DNA of 42,613 bases, from the IMG/VR virus record IMGVR_UViG_2703718839_000008; one strand, given 5' to 3'. Under the pieces are notes generated by a model that was given only the letters and a program-made list of their open reading frames with translations, was not told the DNA's origin and made no database searches. Below, in pieces: positions 16,715-27,064 of this stretch. Numbering within the stretch: the first letter of the stretch is position 1; each line of letters begins with the position of its first letter. The translations under genes and the position numbers were made by a program. The stretch comes from a virus (Duplodnaviria; Heunggongvirae; Uroviricota; Caudoviricetes).

Positions 16715-17191
16715 ATGCAGGCACTAAATTCCCAGCGTAAAGCTTTCCTGGATATGGTGGCATGGTCAGAAGGAACGGATAACGGGCGACAACCGACACG
16801 TAACCACGGTTATGATGTTATTGTTGGTGGCGAACTGTTCACTGATTACTCCGATCACCCTCGCAAACTTGTCACGCTAAACCCCAAACTCAAATCAACA
16901 GCTGCCGGACGTTACCAGCTTCTTTCACGCTGGTGGGATGCTTACCGTAAGCAGCTTGGCCTGAAAGACTTCTCTCCCAAAAGCCAGGACGCTGTTGCGC
17001 TGCAGCAGATTAAGGAACGTGGCGCTTTGCCGATGATTGATCGCGGTGATATCCGTCAGGCAATCGACCGTTGCAGCAATATCTGGGCTTCACTGCCGGG
17101 TGCTGGTTATGGCCAGTTCGAGCATAAGGCTGACAGCCTGATTGCAAAATTCAAAGAGGCTGGCGGAACGGTCAGAGAGATTGATGTATGA
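16715..17191 (+). CDS. R: Endolysin, lambda R-like lytic transglycosylase
   Basis: [51 protein letters not shown]... is near-identical to lambda R as recalled. Confidence 0.9.
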   Translation: MQALNSQRKAFLDMVAWSEGTDNGRQPTRNHGYDVIVGGELFTDYSDHPRKLVTLNPKLKSTAAGRYQLLSRWWDAYRKQLGLKDFSPKSQDAVALQQIKERGALPMIDRGDIRQAIDRCSNIWASLPGAGYGQFEHKADSLIAKFKEAGGTVREIDV

Positions 17192-17625
17192 GCAGAGTAA
17201 CCGCGATTATCTCCGCTCTGGTTATCTGCATCATCGTCTGCCTGTCATGGGCGGTTAATCATTACCGTGATAACGCCATGACCTACAAAGAGCAGCGCGA
17301 TAAAGCCACATCCATCATCGCTGATATGCAGAAGCGTCAACGTGATGTAGCAGAACTCGACGCAAGATACACAAAGGAGCTTGCTGATGCTAACGCGACT
17401 ATCGAAAGTCTCCGTGCTGATGTTTCTGCTGGTCGTAAGCGCCTGCAAGTCGCCGCCACCTGTGCAAAGTCAACGACCGGAGCCAGCAGCATGGGCGATG
17501 GAGAAAGCCCAAGACTTACAGCAGATGCTGAACTCAATTATTACCGTCTCCGAAGTGGAATCGACAAGATAACCGCGCAGGTTAACTACCTGCAGGAATA
17601 CATCAGGACGCAATGCCTTCGATGA
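17188..17625 (+). CDS. Rz: Rz-like i-spanin
   Basis: N-terminus [30 protein letters not shown] matches lambda Rz; overlaps endolysin stop. Confidence 0.85.
   Translation: MSRVTAIISALVICIIVCLSWAVNHYRDNAMTYKEQRDKATSIIADMQKRQRDVAELDARYTKELADANATIESLRADVSAGRKRLQVAATCAKSTTGASSMGDGESPRLTADAELNYYRLRSGIDKITAQVNYLQEYIRTQCLR
17387..17572 (+). CDS. Rz1: Rz1-like o-spanin lipoprotein embedded in the +1 frame of Rz
   Basis: Signal peptide with lipobox LVVSAC, Pro-rich mature region; GGAG RBS. Confidence 0.75.
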   Translation: MLTRLSKVSVLMFLLVVSACKSPPPVQSQRPEPAAWAMEKAQDLQQMLNSIITVSEVESTR

Positions 17626-17843
17626 TAGCGATAATTTTACTTATCATCCTTCACATCTGGCTCTGTAGACAGGGTGGTGATCACTTCTGGAGTGAATCCA
17701 GATTAAACATCTCATTGCTGATGCTTGAAGTTGAGCATCTGGCGCGCGGTAAGGGGCTGCGTTGAGATAAGAGCCAGTCATCACAAACACCAGGATTTAG
17801 CCTCGCATTCGCGGGGCTTTTTATTGCAACAAAGGTAAAGACG

Positions 17844-18131
17844 ATGGATGAAGAATATCGTAAAGACCTGCAATTGTGGTTTGGCCTGACGCATGCGTCG
17901 TTCTGCGTGATGCCGAGAGTATTCATGGAGGCTATGCCACAAGAATGGCAAGAGAAGATGGCGCAGTTGCTTTTTGAGTATGGCGACACGATCAAAACGG
18001 ATGTCTGCGGAGTTCACAGCTGTTTCGTTACTGCCAAAGACGGCAACAACCGCTTTATGAGGATGCCAGAAGATATTCTGAACTATCGTCATCCCCGGCG
18101 TGAGTTCATCGAATCATTTCTGAAGAAGTAG
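17844..18131 (+). CDS. Hypothetical protein, 95 aa, between lysis and packaging modules
   Basis: ORF with plausible composition; competing minus-strand ORFs look low-complexity. Confidence 0.4.
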   Translation: MDEEYRKDLQLWFGLTHASFCVMPRVFMEAMPQEWQEKMAQLLFEYGDTIKTDVCGVHSCFVTAKDGNNRFMRMPEDILNYRHPRREFIESFLKK

Positions 18132-18356
18132 CCATTACAAAGCCTATCTGCGGGTGGGCTTGATAATGAAACCGGAGCTTATTCTTGGCAACCAGTTATG
18201 GCAGTACCACGAAGCAACCCAAGCCAGTAAGTGGGGAAATAACACTGGCAGCCACTGAAAGATGAACCTCCTGCCTGATGGCAAAAAAGATTCTTTGTGG
18301 TGGCGGACTGATGGAAAGACATCCTAATCAAGCAACCACTCCACAGGGTCATAATT

Positions 18357-18713
18357 ATGAACGACCAGCAAATCGAAAAAGAAATCGTTGAGAAAGGCCA
18401 AACGGCATCGCGCGTTACGCCTCAATATATCGAAAGCATCATTCTTGAAGAGCATTTCTTTACTGCTTATGACGGCATTCGTGCTGCCAATATGGGCGTT
18501 GGCGATTCATGGACAGCGCATAAATCTACAGACCTCCTGACTTTCTGCGTACTGGTGCTGAAGAATGGCTTCACCGTCACCGGAGAGAGTGCCTGTGCAA
18601 GCCCGGAAAACTTTGATGCAGAAATTGGTCGGAAGATTGCCCGGCAAAATGCTGTAAACAAAATCTGGATGCTCGAAGGTTACTTGCTGAAGCAGAAGCT
18701 AAGCGAACAGTAG
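18357..18713 (+). CDS. Gp49-like phage protein
   Basis: ...TAHKSTDLLTFCVLVLKNGFTVTGESACASPENFDAEIGRKIARQNA... resembles the Gp49/Sf6 gp66 family commonly found upstream of terminase genes. Confidence 0.5.
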   Translation: MNDQQIEKEIVEKGQTASRVTPQYIESIILEEHFFTAYDGIRAANMGVGDSWTAHKSTDLLTFCVLVLKNGFTVTGESACASPENFDAEIGRKIARQNAVNKIWMLEGYLLKQKLSEQ

Positions 18714-18875
18714 TTATTACAAAAGCCATTCCCTACAGAGTGGCTTTGATAATGGCTTATACCCTACACGGGATAACTTAACTGATATCCCTTTTAACGG
18801 ATAAACGGAGCCAACAATGGCAGAGAATGTCGGCATTATGGCAGTGAAATTTGGATAAATCGGAGATTAGTACAT

Positions 18876-19226
18876 ATGCCGCCACGAATCCCAAAAGCCT
18901 GCCGTGTTCGCGGTTGCCGCCATACCACCACAGATCCGTCAGGCTATTGTGAAAGCCACAAAAGCGAAGGCTGGAGGCAATACAAGCCAGGTCAGTCCCG
19001 TCACCAGCGCGGTTATGGTTCGAAGTGGGACGTTATCCGCGCGCGTGTGCTGAAGCGTGACAAAGGCCTGTGTCAGTTATGTCTGCGTGCCGGTGTGGTG
19101 CGTGAGGCGAAAACCGTTGACCACATCATCCCTAAAGCGCATGGCGGCACTGATGCAGACAGTAATCTGCAGAGTCTGTGCTGGCCGTGTCATAAGGCGA
19201 AGACGGCCCGTGAACGGTTGAAGTGA
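18876..19226 (+). CDS. HNH endonuclease (terminase-associated)
   Basis: CxxC...H..H...N...CxxCH motifs (CQLCLRAG...VDHIIPKAHGG...CWPCHKAK); directly upstream of TerS. Confidence 0.8.
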   Translation: MPPRIPKACRVRGCRHTTTDPSGYCESHKSEGWRQYKPGQSRHQRGYGSKWDVIRARVLKRDKGLCQLCLRAGVVREAKTVDHIIPKAHGGTDADSNLQSLCWPCHKAKTARERLK

Positions 19227-19351
19227 TAATGATTCTCAACTGCCTGAGGGGAGGGGCGGGTCAAATCTCTGTGACCTGACGTCTTCCGGACTGCCCGCCC
19301 CATCGTTTTTTTATACCCGCGAAAAATGAAATTTAACCAGGAGTGCCGCAT

Positions 19352-19837
19352 ATGGCTGGAACGGCGGGGCGTTCCGGGCGTCGCCCCAAGCCAACGGCGC
19401 GCAAGGCGCTGGCCGGAAACCCCGGCAAGCGAGCCCTGAATAAAGATGAACCTGTTTTTACGCCCATCAAAGGTGTTGAGCCACCGGAGTGGTTCGCTGA
19501 AGAAGATCTCCCTCTCGCCACGATCATGTGGCAACTGACAACCAAAGAACTCTGCGGTCAGGGCCTGCTGTGCGTGACTGACCTGGCGGTACTTGAGCGG
19601 TGGTGTGTGGCCTATGAATTCTGGCGACGTGCCGTGAAAAATATTGCCAGACAGGGCAACACCATCACCGGTGCAATGGGCGGCATGGTCAAAAATCCGG
19701 AGCTGACCGCCAAAAAAGAACAGGAGTCCGAGATGAGCAGCACGGGGGCAATGCTCGGACTCGACCCCAGCAGCCGCCAGCGTCTGATTGGCCTGGCGGG
19801 GAAGAAGAAAGCCACTAACCCGTTTCTGACAATCTGA
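19352..19837 (+). CDS. Terminase small subunit (P27-like family)
   Basis: [28 protein letters not shown]-terminus typical of P27-family TerS. Confidence 0.75.
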   Translation: MAGTAGRSGRRPKPTARKALAGNPGKRALNKDEPVFTPIKGVEPPEWFAEEDLPLATIMWQLTTKELCGQGLLCVTDLAVLERWCVAYEFWRRAVKNIARQGNTITGAMGGMVKNPELTAKKEQESEMSSTGAMLGLDPSSRQRLIGLAGKKKATNPFLTI

Positions 19838-19850
19838 AAATCATCGAATC

Positions 19851-21584
19851 ATGAGCCGGAAATCTTACCCCAACGTAAATGCAGCCAATCAGTATGCCCG
19901 GGATGTCGTGCGCGGAAAGATTGTTGCCTGCCAGTTTGTGATTCAGGCCTGCCAGCGCCATCTTGATGACCTGATGGCGGAAAAAAGTAAGTCGTTTCGT
20001 TACCGCTTCGACAAGGACCTGGCTGAACGGGCCGCGAAATTTATTCAGCTGTTGCCGCACACCAAGGGGGAGTGGGCATTCAAACGGATGCCCATCACGC
20101 TGGAGCCGTGGCAGCTATTTGTGATCTGCTGTGCGTTTGGCTGGGTCAATAAAGGCACCCGGTTGCGCCGCTTCCGGGAGGTGTACACCGAAATCCCCCG
20201 TAAGAACGGCAAATCAGCAATCTCTGCCGGTGTTGCCCTGTATTGTTTTGCCTGTGATAACGAGTTTGGCGCGGAAGTGTATTCCGGTGCCACGACAGAG
20301 AAACAGGCGTGGGAAGTCTTTCGCCCGGCGCGACTGATGTGTAAACGCACACCCATGCTGACAGAAGCGTTCGGGATTGAGGTTAACGCCTCAAACATGA
20401 ACCGTCCGGAGGATGGCGCGCGGTTTGAACCGCTGATCGGCAACCCAGGTGATGGTTCATCACCCCACTGTGCCGTGGTTGATGAATATCACGAGCATGC
20501 CACCGATGCGCTTTATACCACAATGCTTACCGGGATGGGGGCGCGACGTCAGCCACTGATGTGGGCCATCACCACCGCCGGGTACAACATTGAGGGGCCG
20601 TGCTACGACAAACGGCGGGAAGTCATCGAGATGCTCAACGGCTCGGTGCCTAACGATGAACTGTTCGGGATCATCTATACCGTTGATGAAGGTGACGACT
20701 GGACCGACCCGCAGGTGCTGGAAAAAGCCAATCCAAATATTGGCGTGTCGGTTTATCGCGAATTTTTGTTAAGTCAGCAGCAGCGTGCGAAAAATAATGC
20801 CCGTCTGGCAAACGTCTTTAAAACAAAACACCTCAATATCTGGGTGTCGGCGCGTTCGGCGTATTTCAACCTGGTGAGCTGGCAGAGCTGCGAGGATAAA
20901 TCACTGACTCTTGAGCAGTTCGAGGGGCAGCCGTGCATTCTGGCCTTTGACCTGGCGCGTAAGCTGGATATGAACAGCATGGCGCGACTTTATACCCGCG
21001 AGATTGACGGTAAAACGCATTACTACAGTGTGGCCCCGCGTTTCTGGGTACCGTATGACACGGTGTACAGCGTCGAGAAAAATGAAGATCGCCGGACAGC
21101 CGAACGCTTTCAGAAATGGGTGGAAATGGGCGTTCTGACCGTTACCGATGGTGCAGAGGTGGATTATCGCTACATCCTCGAAGAGGCCAAAGCGGCGAAC
21201 AAAATCAGCCCGGTCAGTGAGTCACCCATCGACCCTTTTGGAGCGACCGGGCTGTCACATGACCTTGCTGATGAAGACCTGAATCCCGTTACTATCGTCC
21301 AGAACTTCGCCAATATGTCCGACCCGATGAAAGAGCTGGAGGCAGCGATTGAATCGGGACGCTTTCATCATGACGGCAATCCCATCATGACCTGGTGTAT
21401 CGGCAATGTGGTCGGCAAAAACATGCCAGGTAACGATGATTTAGTGAAGCCCGTCAAAGAGCAGGCGGAAAACAAAATCGATGGTGCAGTTGCGCTGATT
21501 ATGGCGGTTGGCAGAGCCATGCTGTACGAGAAAGAAGACACGCTGTCTGACCACATTGAGTCCTATGGGATCCGCTCGCTTTAA
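19851..21584 (+). CDS. Terminase large subunit
   Basis: 577 aa; ATPase and nuclease regions (DEYHEH, Asp-rich segments); position between TerS and portal. Confidence 0.85.
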
Positions 21585-21595
21585 CTGAGGTAATT

Positions 21596-21778
21596 ATGAT
21601 CATGCTGATTCTCGCGCCTCTGGTGGGCGTGCTGGGGGCGCTTTTGCTGGCGTATGGTGCCTGGCTGATTTATCCCCCGGCGGGGTTTGTTGTTGCCGGG
21701 GCGTTGTGCCTGTTCTGGTCGTGGCTGGTGGCGCGATATCTCGACCGTACACAGTCGTCTGTCGGCGGAGGTAAATAG
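21596..21778 (+). CDS. Small hydrophobic membrane protein, 60 aa
   Basis: GAGG RBS; two predicted transmembrane stretches. Confidence 0.4.
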
Positions 21779-23019
21779 TGTTCTTTTCGGGATTATTTCA
21801 ACGAAAAAGTGACGCACCGGTGACCACGCCAGCAGAGCTGGCGGATGCTATCGGGTTGTCCTACGACACCTATACCGGAAAGCAGATCAGCAGCCAGCGG
21901 GCCATGCGACTGACGGCGGTTTTTTCCTGTGTCAGGGTGCTGGCGGAGTCGGTCGGGATGTTGCCCTGCAATCTGTATCACCTGAACGGCAGCCTTAAAC
22001 AGAGAGCCACCGGCGAACGTCTGCATAAGCTGATCTCCACGCATCCCAATGGCTATATGACGCCGCAGGAGTTCTGGGAGCTGGTGGTCACCTGTCTGTG
22101 CCTGAGGGGAAACTTTTACGCCTACAAAGTGAAAGCATTTGGCGAAGTGGCTGAACTGCTGCCCGTCGATCCCGGCTGTGTGGTACCGAAGCTTAACAGT
22201 AGCTGGGAACCGGTCTATCAGGTCACATTCCCGGATGGCTCCGCGGATGTACTGAGCCAGGAGGATATCTGGCATGTGCGCACGCTGACGCTGGACGGAC
22301 TGGTGGGGCTGAATCCCATCGCCTATGCCCGCGAGGCAATATCGCTGGCGGCAGCGACCGAAGAGCACGGGGCCAGACTGTTCAGCAATGGCGCGGTGAC
22401 GTCGGGTGTGTTGCGTACAGAGCAGACGCTGTCGGATCAGGCTTATGAGCGCCTGAAGAAAGATTTTGAGGAGCGTCACACCGGGCTTGGCAATGCTCAC
22501 CGCCCGATGATCCTTGAGATGGGGCTGGACTGGAAGTCGATGGCGCTGAACGCCGAGGACAGCCAGTTCCTGGAAACCCGCAAGTTTCAGCTTGAAGAAA
22601 TCTGTCGTCTGTTCCGTGTGCCATTGCACATGGTGCAGAACACCGATCGCGCCACCTTCAACAATATCGAAGAGCTGGGGCTGGGATTTATCAACTATTC
22701 ACTGGTGCCGTATCTGACCCGCATTGAGCAGCGGATCAACACCGGACTGGTACGAAAAAGTAAGCAGGGCGTTTATTACGCCAAATTTAACGCCGGGGCG
22801 TTACTGCGCGGGGATATGAAGTCCCGTTTTGAAGCCTACGCCACCGGGATCAACTGGGGAATTTACTCTCCCAATGACTGCCGCGACCTGGAAGATATGA
22901 ATCCGCGTCCCGGTGGTGATGTCTATCTCACACCGATGAACATGACCACGAAGCCCTCCGATGGCAGTAAAGCCGGTAAGCAGAAGGATAACGCCAATGC
23001 AGACGAAACAACGTCTTGA
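21778..23019 (+). CDS. Portal protein (HK97-like)
   Basis: 413 aa after TerL; GTG start overlapping upstream stop. Confidence 0.8.
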   Translation: MFFSGLFQRKSDAPVTTPAELADAIGLSYDTYTGKQISSQRAMRLTAVFSCVRVLAESVGMLPCNLYHLNGSLKQRATGERLHKLISTHPNGYMTPQEFWELVVTCLCLRGNFYAYKVKAFGEVAELLPVDPGCVVPKLNSSWEPVYQVTFPDGSADVLSQEDIWHVRTLTLDGLVGLNPIAYAREAISLAAATEEHGARLFSNGAVTSGVLRTEQTLSDQAYERLKKDFEERHTGLGNAHRPMILEMGLDWKSMALNAEDSQFLETRKFQLEEICRLFRVPLHMVQNTDRATFNNIEELGLGFINYSLVPYLTRIEQRINTGLVRKSKQGVYYAKFNAGALLRGDMKSRFEAYATGINWGIYSPNDCRDLEDMNPRPGGDVYLTPMNMTTKPSDGSKAGKQKDNANADETTS

Positions 23020-23647
23020 TGTACCGCTGAGTCTGAAATCTGTCAGTGACTCCGGTGAGTTTGAAGGGTATGGCTCCGTCTTTGGTGTAAAGGACAGCCA
23101 CGATGATGTGGTGATGTCCGGGGCATTTGCTGCTTCCCTGCGGGCGTGGAGTGACAGAAAAGCGTTACCTGCGCTGCTCTGGCAGCACCGCATGGATGAA
23201 CCCATCGGTGTTTACACCGAAATGAAGGAAGACGATGTCGGGCTTTACGTCAGGGGACGGTTGCTTATTGATGATGATCCCCTCGCAAAACGCGCACATG
23301 CACACATGAAGGCCGGTTCGTTAACCGGCCTTTCTATTGGGTACGTCCTGAAAGACTGGGAATACGACCGGAGCAAAGAAGCCTTTCTGCTGAAAGAAAT
23401 CGACCTCTGGGAAGTCAGCCTGGTGACGTTCCCGTCTAACGACGAGGCGCGGATCAGCGACGTCAAGAACGCACTGGCCCGCGGGGAAATCCCCGAACAG
23501 AAAAAAATCGAAAGAGTCCTGCGTGATGTCGGACTCTCCCGTACCCAGGCCAAAGCATTCATGACCGGGGGCTATGGCGCACTGTCCCTGCGCGACGCTG
23601 AGGATGTGGGCTCTGCACTGAATGCACTGAAAAATCTGAACTTCTAA
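22997..23647 (+). CDS. Prohead protease (HK97 family)
   Basis: Between portal and capsid genes; AGGA RBS before MQTKQ. Confidence 0.75.
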   Translation: MQTKQRLDVPLSLKSVSDSGEFEGYGSVFGVKDSHDDVVMSGAFAASLRAWSDRKALPALLWQHRMDEPIGVYTEMKEDDVGLYVRGRLLIDDDPLAKRAHAHMKAGSLTGLSIGYVLKDWEYDRSKEAFLLKEIDLWEVSLVTFPSNDEARISDVKNALARGEIPEQKKIERVLRDVGLSRTQAKAFMTGGYGALSLRDAEDVGSALNALKNLNF

Positions 23648-23661
23648 TCAGGAGAAATACG

Positions 23662-24867
23662 ATGGCGGTTGATATTAAAGATGTCGAACAGGTCGCGCAG
23701 GAGCTGCAGCAGAAGTTTGACGACTTCAAAGCAAAGAACGACAAGCGCGTGGATGCGATTGAGCAGGAAAAAGGCAAGCTTGCCGGGCAGGTGGAAACCC
23801 TGAACGGAAAACTCAGCGAGCTGGAAAACCTCAAAAGCGATCTTGAAAAAGAGCTGCTTGAGCTGAAACGTCCGGCAGGTGGTGCGCAAAATAAACTGAC
23901 CACCGAGCATAAAGAAGCGTTTGTGGGCTTCCTGCGTAAAGGCCGTGAAGATGGTCTGCGCGATCTGGAGCGCAAGGCATTACAGGTGGGCACCGATGAA
24001 GACGGCGGCTATGCCGTGCCGGAAGAACTGGATCGCAACATTCTTAACCTGCTGAAAGATGAAGTGGTGATGCGTCAGGAAGCCACGGTGATCACCATTG
24101 GTGGTTCCGACTACAAAAAACTGGTGAATCTGGGCGGCACGGCTTCCGGATGGGTTGGCGAGACTGACGCGCGCTCCCAGACTGCCACCTCAAAACTGGG
24201 CCTGATTGAACCTTTCATGGGGGAAATCTACGGTAACCCGCAGGCCACCCAGAAAATGCTGGATGATGCCTTTTTCAACGTGGAAGCATGGATCAACAGC
24301 GAGCTGGCAACCGAATTTGCCGAACAGGAAGAAATTGCCTTTACCTCAGGCGATGGCACCAAGAAGCCGAAAGGGTTCCTGGCGTATGAATCCACTGATG
24401 AAACCGATAAGGTCCGGGCGTTCGGCAAACTTCAGCATATTGTATCCGGCGAAGCGACGGCGGTGACCGCAGACGCCATTATCAAACTGATTTACACGCT
24501 GCGTAAGGCACACCGCACTGGCGCGAAGTTCATGATGAACAACAACAGCCTGTTTGCCATCCGTCTGCTGAAAGACAGCGAGGGTAACTATCTGTGGCGT
24601 CCGGGGCTGGAGCTGGGGCAGCCGTCCTCTCTGGCGGGTTACGGTATCGCTGAAAACGAACAGATGCCGGATATCGCCGCTGATGCGAAAGCCATTGCAT
24701 TTGGTAACTTCAAACGGGGTTACACCATCGTTGACCGTATCGGCACCCGCATTCTGCGTGACCCGTACACCAATAAACCGTTTGTCGGTTTTTATACCAC
24801 CAAGCGCACCGGCGGGATGCTGGTCGATTCGCAGGCCATCAAACTGCTGAAGATTGCAGCGGCGTAA
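23662..24867 (+). CDS. Major capsid protein (HK97 fold) with N-terminal coiled-coil delta domain
   Basis: 401 aa; N-terminal charged heptad-like region then capsid body; strong RBS. Confidence 0.85.
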   Translation: MAVDIKDVEQVAQELQQKFDDFKAKNDKRVDAIEQEKGKLAGQVETLNGKLSELENLKSDLEKELLELKRPAGGAQNKLTTEHKEAFVGFLRKGREDGLRDLERKALQVGTDEDGGYAVPEELDRNILNLLKDEVVMRQEATVITIGGSDYKKLVNLGGTASGWVGETDARSQTATSKLGLIEPFMGEIYGNPQATQKMLDDAFFNVEAWINSELATEFAEQEEIAFTSGDGTKKPKGFLAYESTDETDKVRAFGKLQHIVSGEATAVTADAIIKLIYTLRKAHRTGAKFMMNNNSLFAIRLLKDSEGNYLWRPGLELGQPSSLAGYGIAENEQMPDIAADAKAIAFGNFKRGYTIVDRIGTRILRDPYTNKPFVGFYTTKRTGGMLVDSQAIKLLKIAAA

Positions 24868-24873
24868 TCACTC

Positions 24874-24901
24874 AGGGGCGCGGAACCGCGCCCCCTGTTC
24901 T
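24874..24901 (+). terminator. GC hairpin (attenuator/terminator) after the capsid gene
   Basis: ggggcgcgg-aa-ccgcgcccc stem followed by a T-rich tail. Confidence 0.45.
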
Positions 24902-24916
24902 GACGGGTGAAGAATC

Positions 24917-25117
24917 ATGATCCTGAAACAAGATCTGAAATGGTCACCGGACGGTATGCGTGTTGAGGTCATTCGGGCCGGTGAGTATGACGACGGGGCA
25001 CTTCCTGCCCGGGTGCAGGAGATTGCACTTCAGGCCGGGTTAGCAGAGCGCGGAATCAGTGCAAAAAGCAGTAAAGCGGCAAAAGAGAAAAAAGCCACGA
25101 CCAGTAAAGAGGGCTGA
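24917..25117 (+). CDS. Small hypothetical head-module protein, 66 aa
   Basis: ORF between capsid and connector genes. Confidence 0.4.
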   Translation: MILKQDLKWSPDGMRVEVIRAGEYDDGALPARVQEIALQAGLAERGISAKSSKAAKEKKATTSKEG

Positions 25118-25119
25118 GT

Positions 25120-25443
25120 ATGCTTCTGACAATGGAAGAGATTAAAGCCCAACTCCGGCTGGATGAGGATTTCGATGCTGATGACCGCCATCTGCAACTG
25201 CTGGCCTGTGCGGCACAAAAGCGGACGGAAACGTATCTGAACCGGAAGCTCTATGCACCGGATGAAACCATTCCGGACAGCGACCCGGACGGGCTACACC
25301 TGCCGGATGATATTCGTCTGGGGATGCTGATGCTTATCAGCCATTTTTACGAAAACCGCTCGTCGGTTACAGACGTTGAGAAAATGGAGTTGCCAATGAG
25401 TTTTAACTGGTTGGTTGTTCCTTATCGCCTTATACCACTATGA
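25120..25443 (+). CDS. Head-tail connector protein (gp6-like)
   Basis: MLLTMEEIKAQLRLDEDFDADD... typical gp6-like N-terminus. Confidence 0.65.
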   Translation: MLLTMEEIKAQLRLDEDFDADDRHLQLLACAAQKRTETYLNRKLYAPDETIPDSDPDGLHLPDDIRLGMLMLISHFYENRSSVTDVEKMELPMSFNWLVVPYRLIPL

Positions 25444-25850
25444 AAATTCGTCAGGCGCAGACCAGCGCAACCTACATTCTGCCGGACCCCGGCGAACTGA
25501 ATAAACGCGTCCTGATCCGCCAGCGGGTGGATATGCCCGCGGATAACTTTGGCGTGGAGCCTCAATACCCGGTTGCGTTCCGGGCATGGGCGAAGGTTAT
25601 CCAGACCAGTGCCACCACCTGGCAGGAAACCGCGCAGACCGGAGACGCCATCACCCATTACATCACCATTCGCTACCGCCGGGGGATCACTGCTGATTAT
25701 GAGGTGGTCTGTGATGACAGTGTGTACCGGGTGAAACGTCAGCGCGATCTGAACGGGGCGCGGCGCTTTCTGCTGCTGGAGTGTACGGAACTGGGCGAAT
25801 TTACGCAGAGTCACGGAGGCAGCAATGGCGACTCCCTTTTTTCACGTTGA
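25440..25850 (+). CDS. Head closure / head-tail adaptor protein
   Basis: Size and position after the gp6-like gene. Confidence 0.55.
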   Translation: MKIRQAQTSATYILPDPGELNKRVLIRQRVDMPADNFGVEPQYPVAFRAWAKVIQTSATTWQETAQTGDAITHYITIRYRRGITADYEVVCDDSVYRVKRQRDLNGARRFLLLECTELGEFTQSHGGSNGDSLFSR

Positions 25851-26331
25851 TGTTCAGCAGCCCGCGGAGATGCGCTTTAACCGCGCCCGTGTCCGGCGGG
25901 CGTTTGTCACGATTGGGCAGCGTCATATGCGTGATGCCCGTCGGCTGGTGATGCGCCGTGCGCGGTCGGCACCGGGTGAAAACCCCGGTTATCAGACCGG
26001 ACGCCTGGCTCGTTCGATTGGTTACATGGTGCCGAGAGCCAGTAAAAAGCGAGCCGGTTTTATGACACGCATTGCCCCTAACCAGCGCAACGGGAAGGGG
26101 AACCGGATGATCTCTGGTGACTTCTATCCGGCGTTTCTGTTTTTTGGTGTCCGGGGAGGAGCAAAACGTCGTCGTAGTCATCATCGTGGTGCATCCGGTG
26201 GCAGCGGCTGGCGACTGGCTCCACGTAATAACTTCATGGTGGAAACTCTTGAAAAGAACCGCAGCTGGACACGCTATTTTCTGGCGCGGGAATTGCGTAA
26301 ATCACTGAAGCCGGAGCGACGACACAGATGA
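25825..26331 (+). CDS. HK97 gp10-like tail-component protein
   Basis: Basic protein in the conserved head-to-tail joining position. Confidence 0.5.
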   Translation: MATPFFHVDVQQPAEMRFNRARVRRAFVTIGQRHMRDARRLVMRRARSAPGENPGYQTGRLARSIGYMVPRASKKRAGFMTRIAPNQRNGKGNRMISGDFYPAFLFFGVRGGAKRRRSHHRGASGGSGWRLAPRNNFMVETLEKNRSWTRYFLARELRKSLKPERRHR

Positions 26332-26888
26332 AACTGACGCCTGTTATTGCTGCGCTGCGTGCCCGCTGCCCGTATTTTGAAAACCGGGTGGCAGGCGCGG
26401 CCCAGTTCAAAAATCTGCCGGAGGTCGGAAAGCTGAAACTCCCGGCGGCATATGTTGTACCGGGTGATGATTCTCCGGGAGAAAACAAAAGCCAGACCGA
26501 CTACTGGCAGGAGCTGAAAGAGGGCTTCTCCGTGGTTGTCATACTGAGTAACGGGCGTGATGAGCGCGGTCAGTTTGCCTCGTATGATGTGGTGGACGAT
26601 GTCCGGCAGATGCTCTTTAAGGCTCTGCTGGGCTGGAACCCGGAGGCGTGCGGTAACCCGATTACCTATGACGGCGGCACGCTGCTGGATCTGAATCGTC
26701 ATGAGCTGATTTATCAGTTCGATTTTTCGGTCATCAGCGAGCTGACCGAAGACGATACCCGCCAGCAGGATGACCTGAACAGTCTGGATGAACTGCGAAC
26801 GCTGGCGATTGATGTTGATTATCTCGATCCCGGTAACGGGCCTGACGGCGATATCGAACATCACACCGAAATAACCCTTCCTACCTGA
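26328..26888 (+). CDS. Tail terminator / completion-like protein (Mu-like)
   Basis: 186 aa acidic protein immediately before sheath-proximal genes. Confidence 0.4.
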   Translation: MKLTPVIAALRARCPYFENRVAGAAQFKNLPEVGKLKLPAAYVVPGDDSPGENKSQTDYWQELKEGFSVVVILSNGRDERGQFASYDVVDDVRQMLFKALLGWNPEACGNPITYDGGTLLDLNRHELIYQFDFSVISELTEDDTRQQDDLNSLDELRTLAIDVDYLDPGNGPDGDIEHHTEITLPT

Positions 26889-26896
26889 GAATCTTC

Positions 26897-27064
26897 ATGT
26901 TTGTGAAACCTGTTAAAGGGCGGTCAGTTCCTGACCCTGCCCGCGGCGACCTTTTGCCCGCCGAGGGGCGAAATGTTGATGAGAACAACTACTGGCTGCG
27001 CCGTGAAGCAGCGGGTGATATCCGGCGCGTGAATGAAAAGGTGAATACCGATGACGAGCTTTAA
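26897..27064 (+). CDS. Small DUF2635-like protein preceding the tail sheath, 55 aa
   Basis: MFVKPVKGRSVPDPARGDLLPAEGRNVDENNYWLRR; overlaps sheath start; below ORF-track cutoff. Confidence 0.45.
   Translation: MFVKPVKGRSVPDPARGDLLPAEGRNVDENNYWLRREAAGDIRRVNEKVNTDDEL

Noticed and set aside
17681-18092. Two minus-strand ORFs (103-104 aa) opposite the 17844-18131 ORF
   Set aside because: Cys/Ser/His-rich low-complexity translations and no RBS; the plus-strand ORF is the more plausible.
21793-22629. 278-aa minus-strand ORF inside the portal gene
   Set aside because: Antisense to a well-supported structural gene; Arg/His/Gln-rich, typical of a spurious GC-rich antisense frame.
23559-23993. 144-aa Ser/Arg-rich minus-strand ORF overlapping the protease-capsid junction
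   Set aside because: Low-complexity antisense frame within strongly supported head genes.
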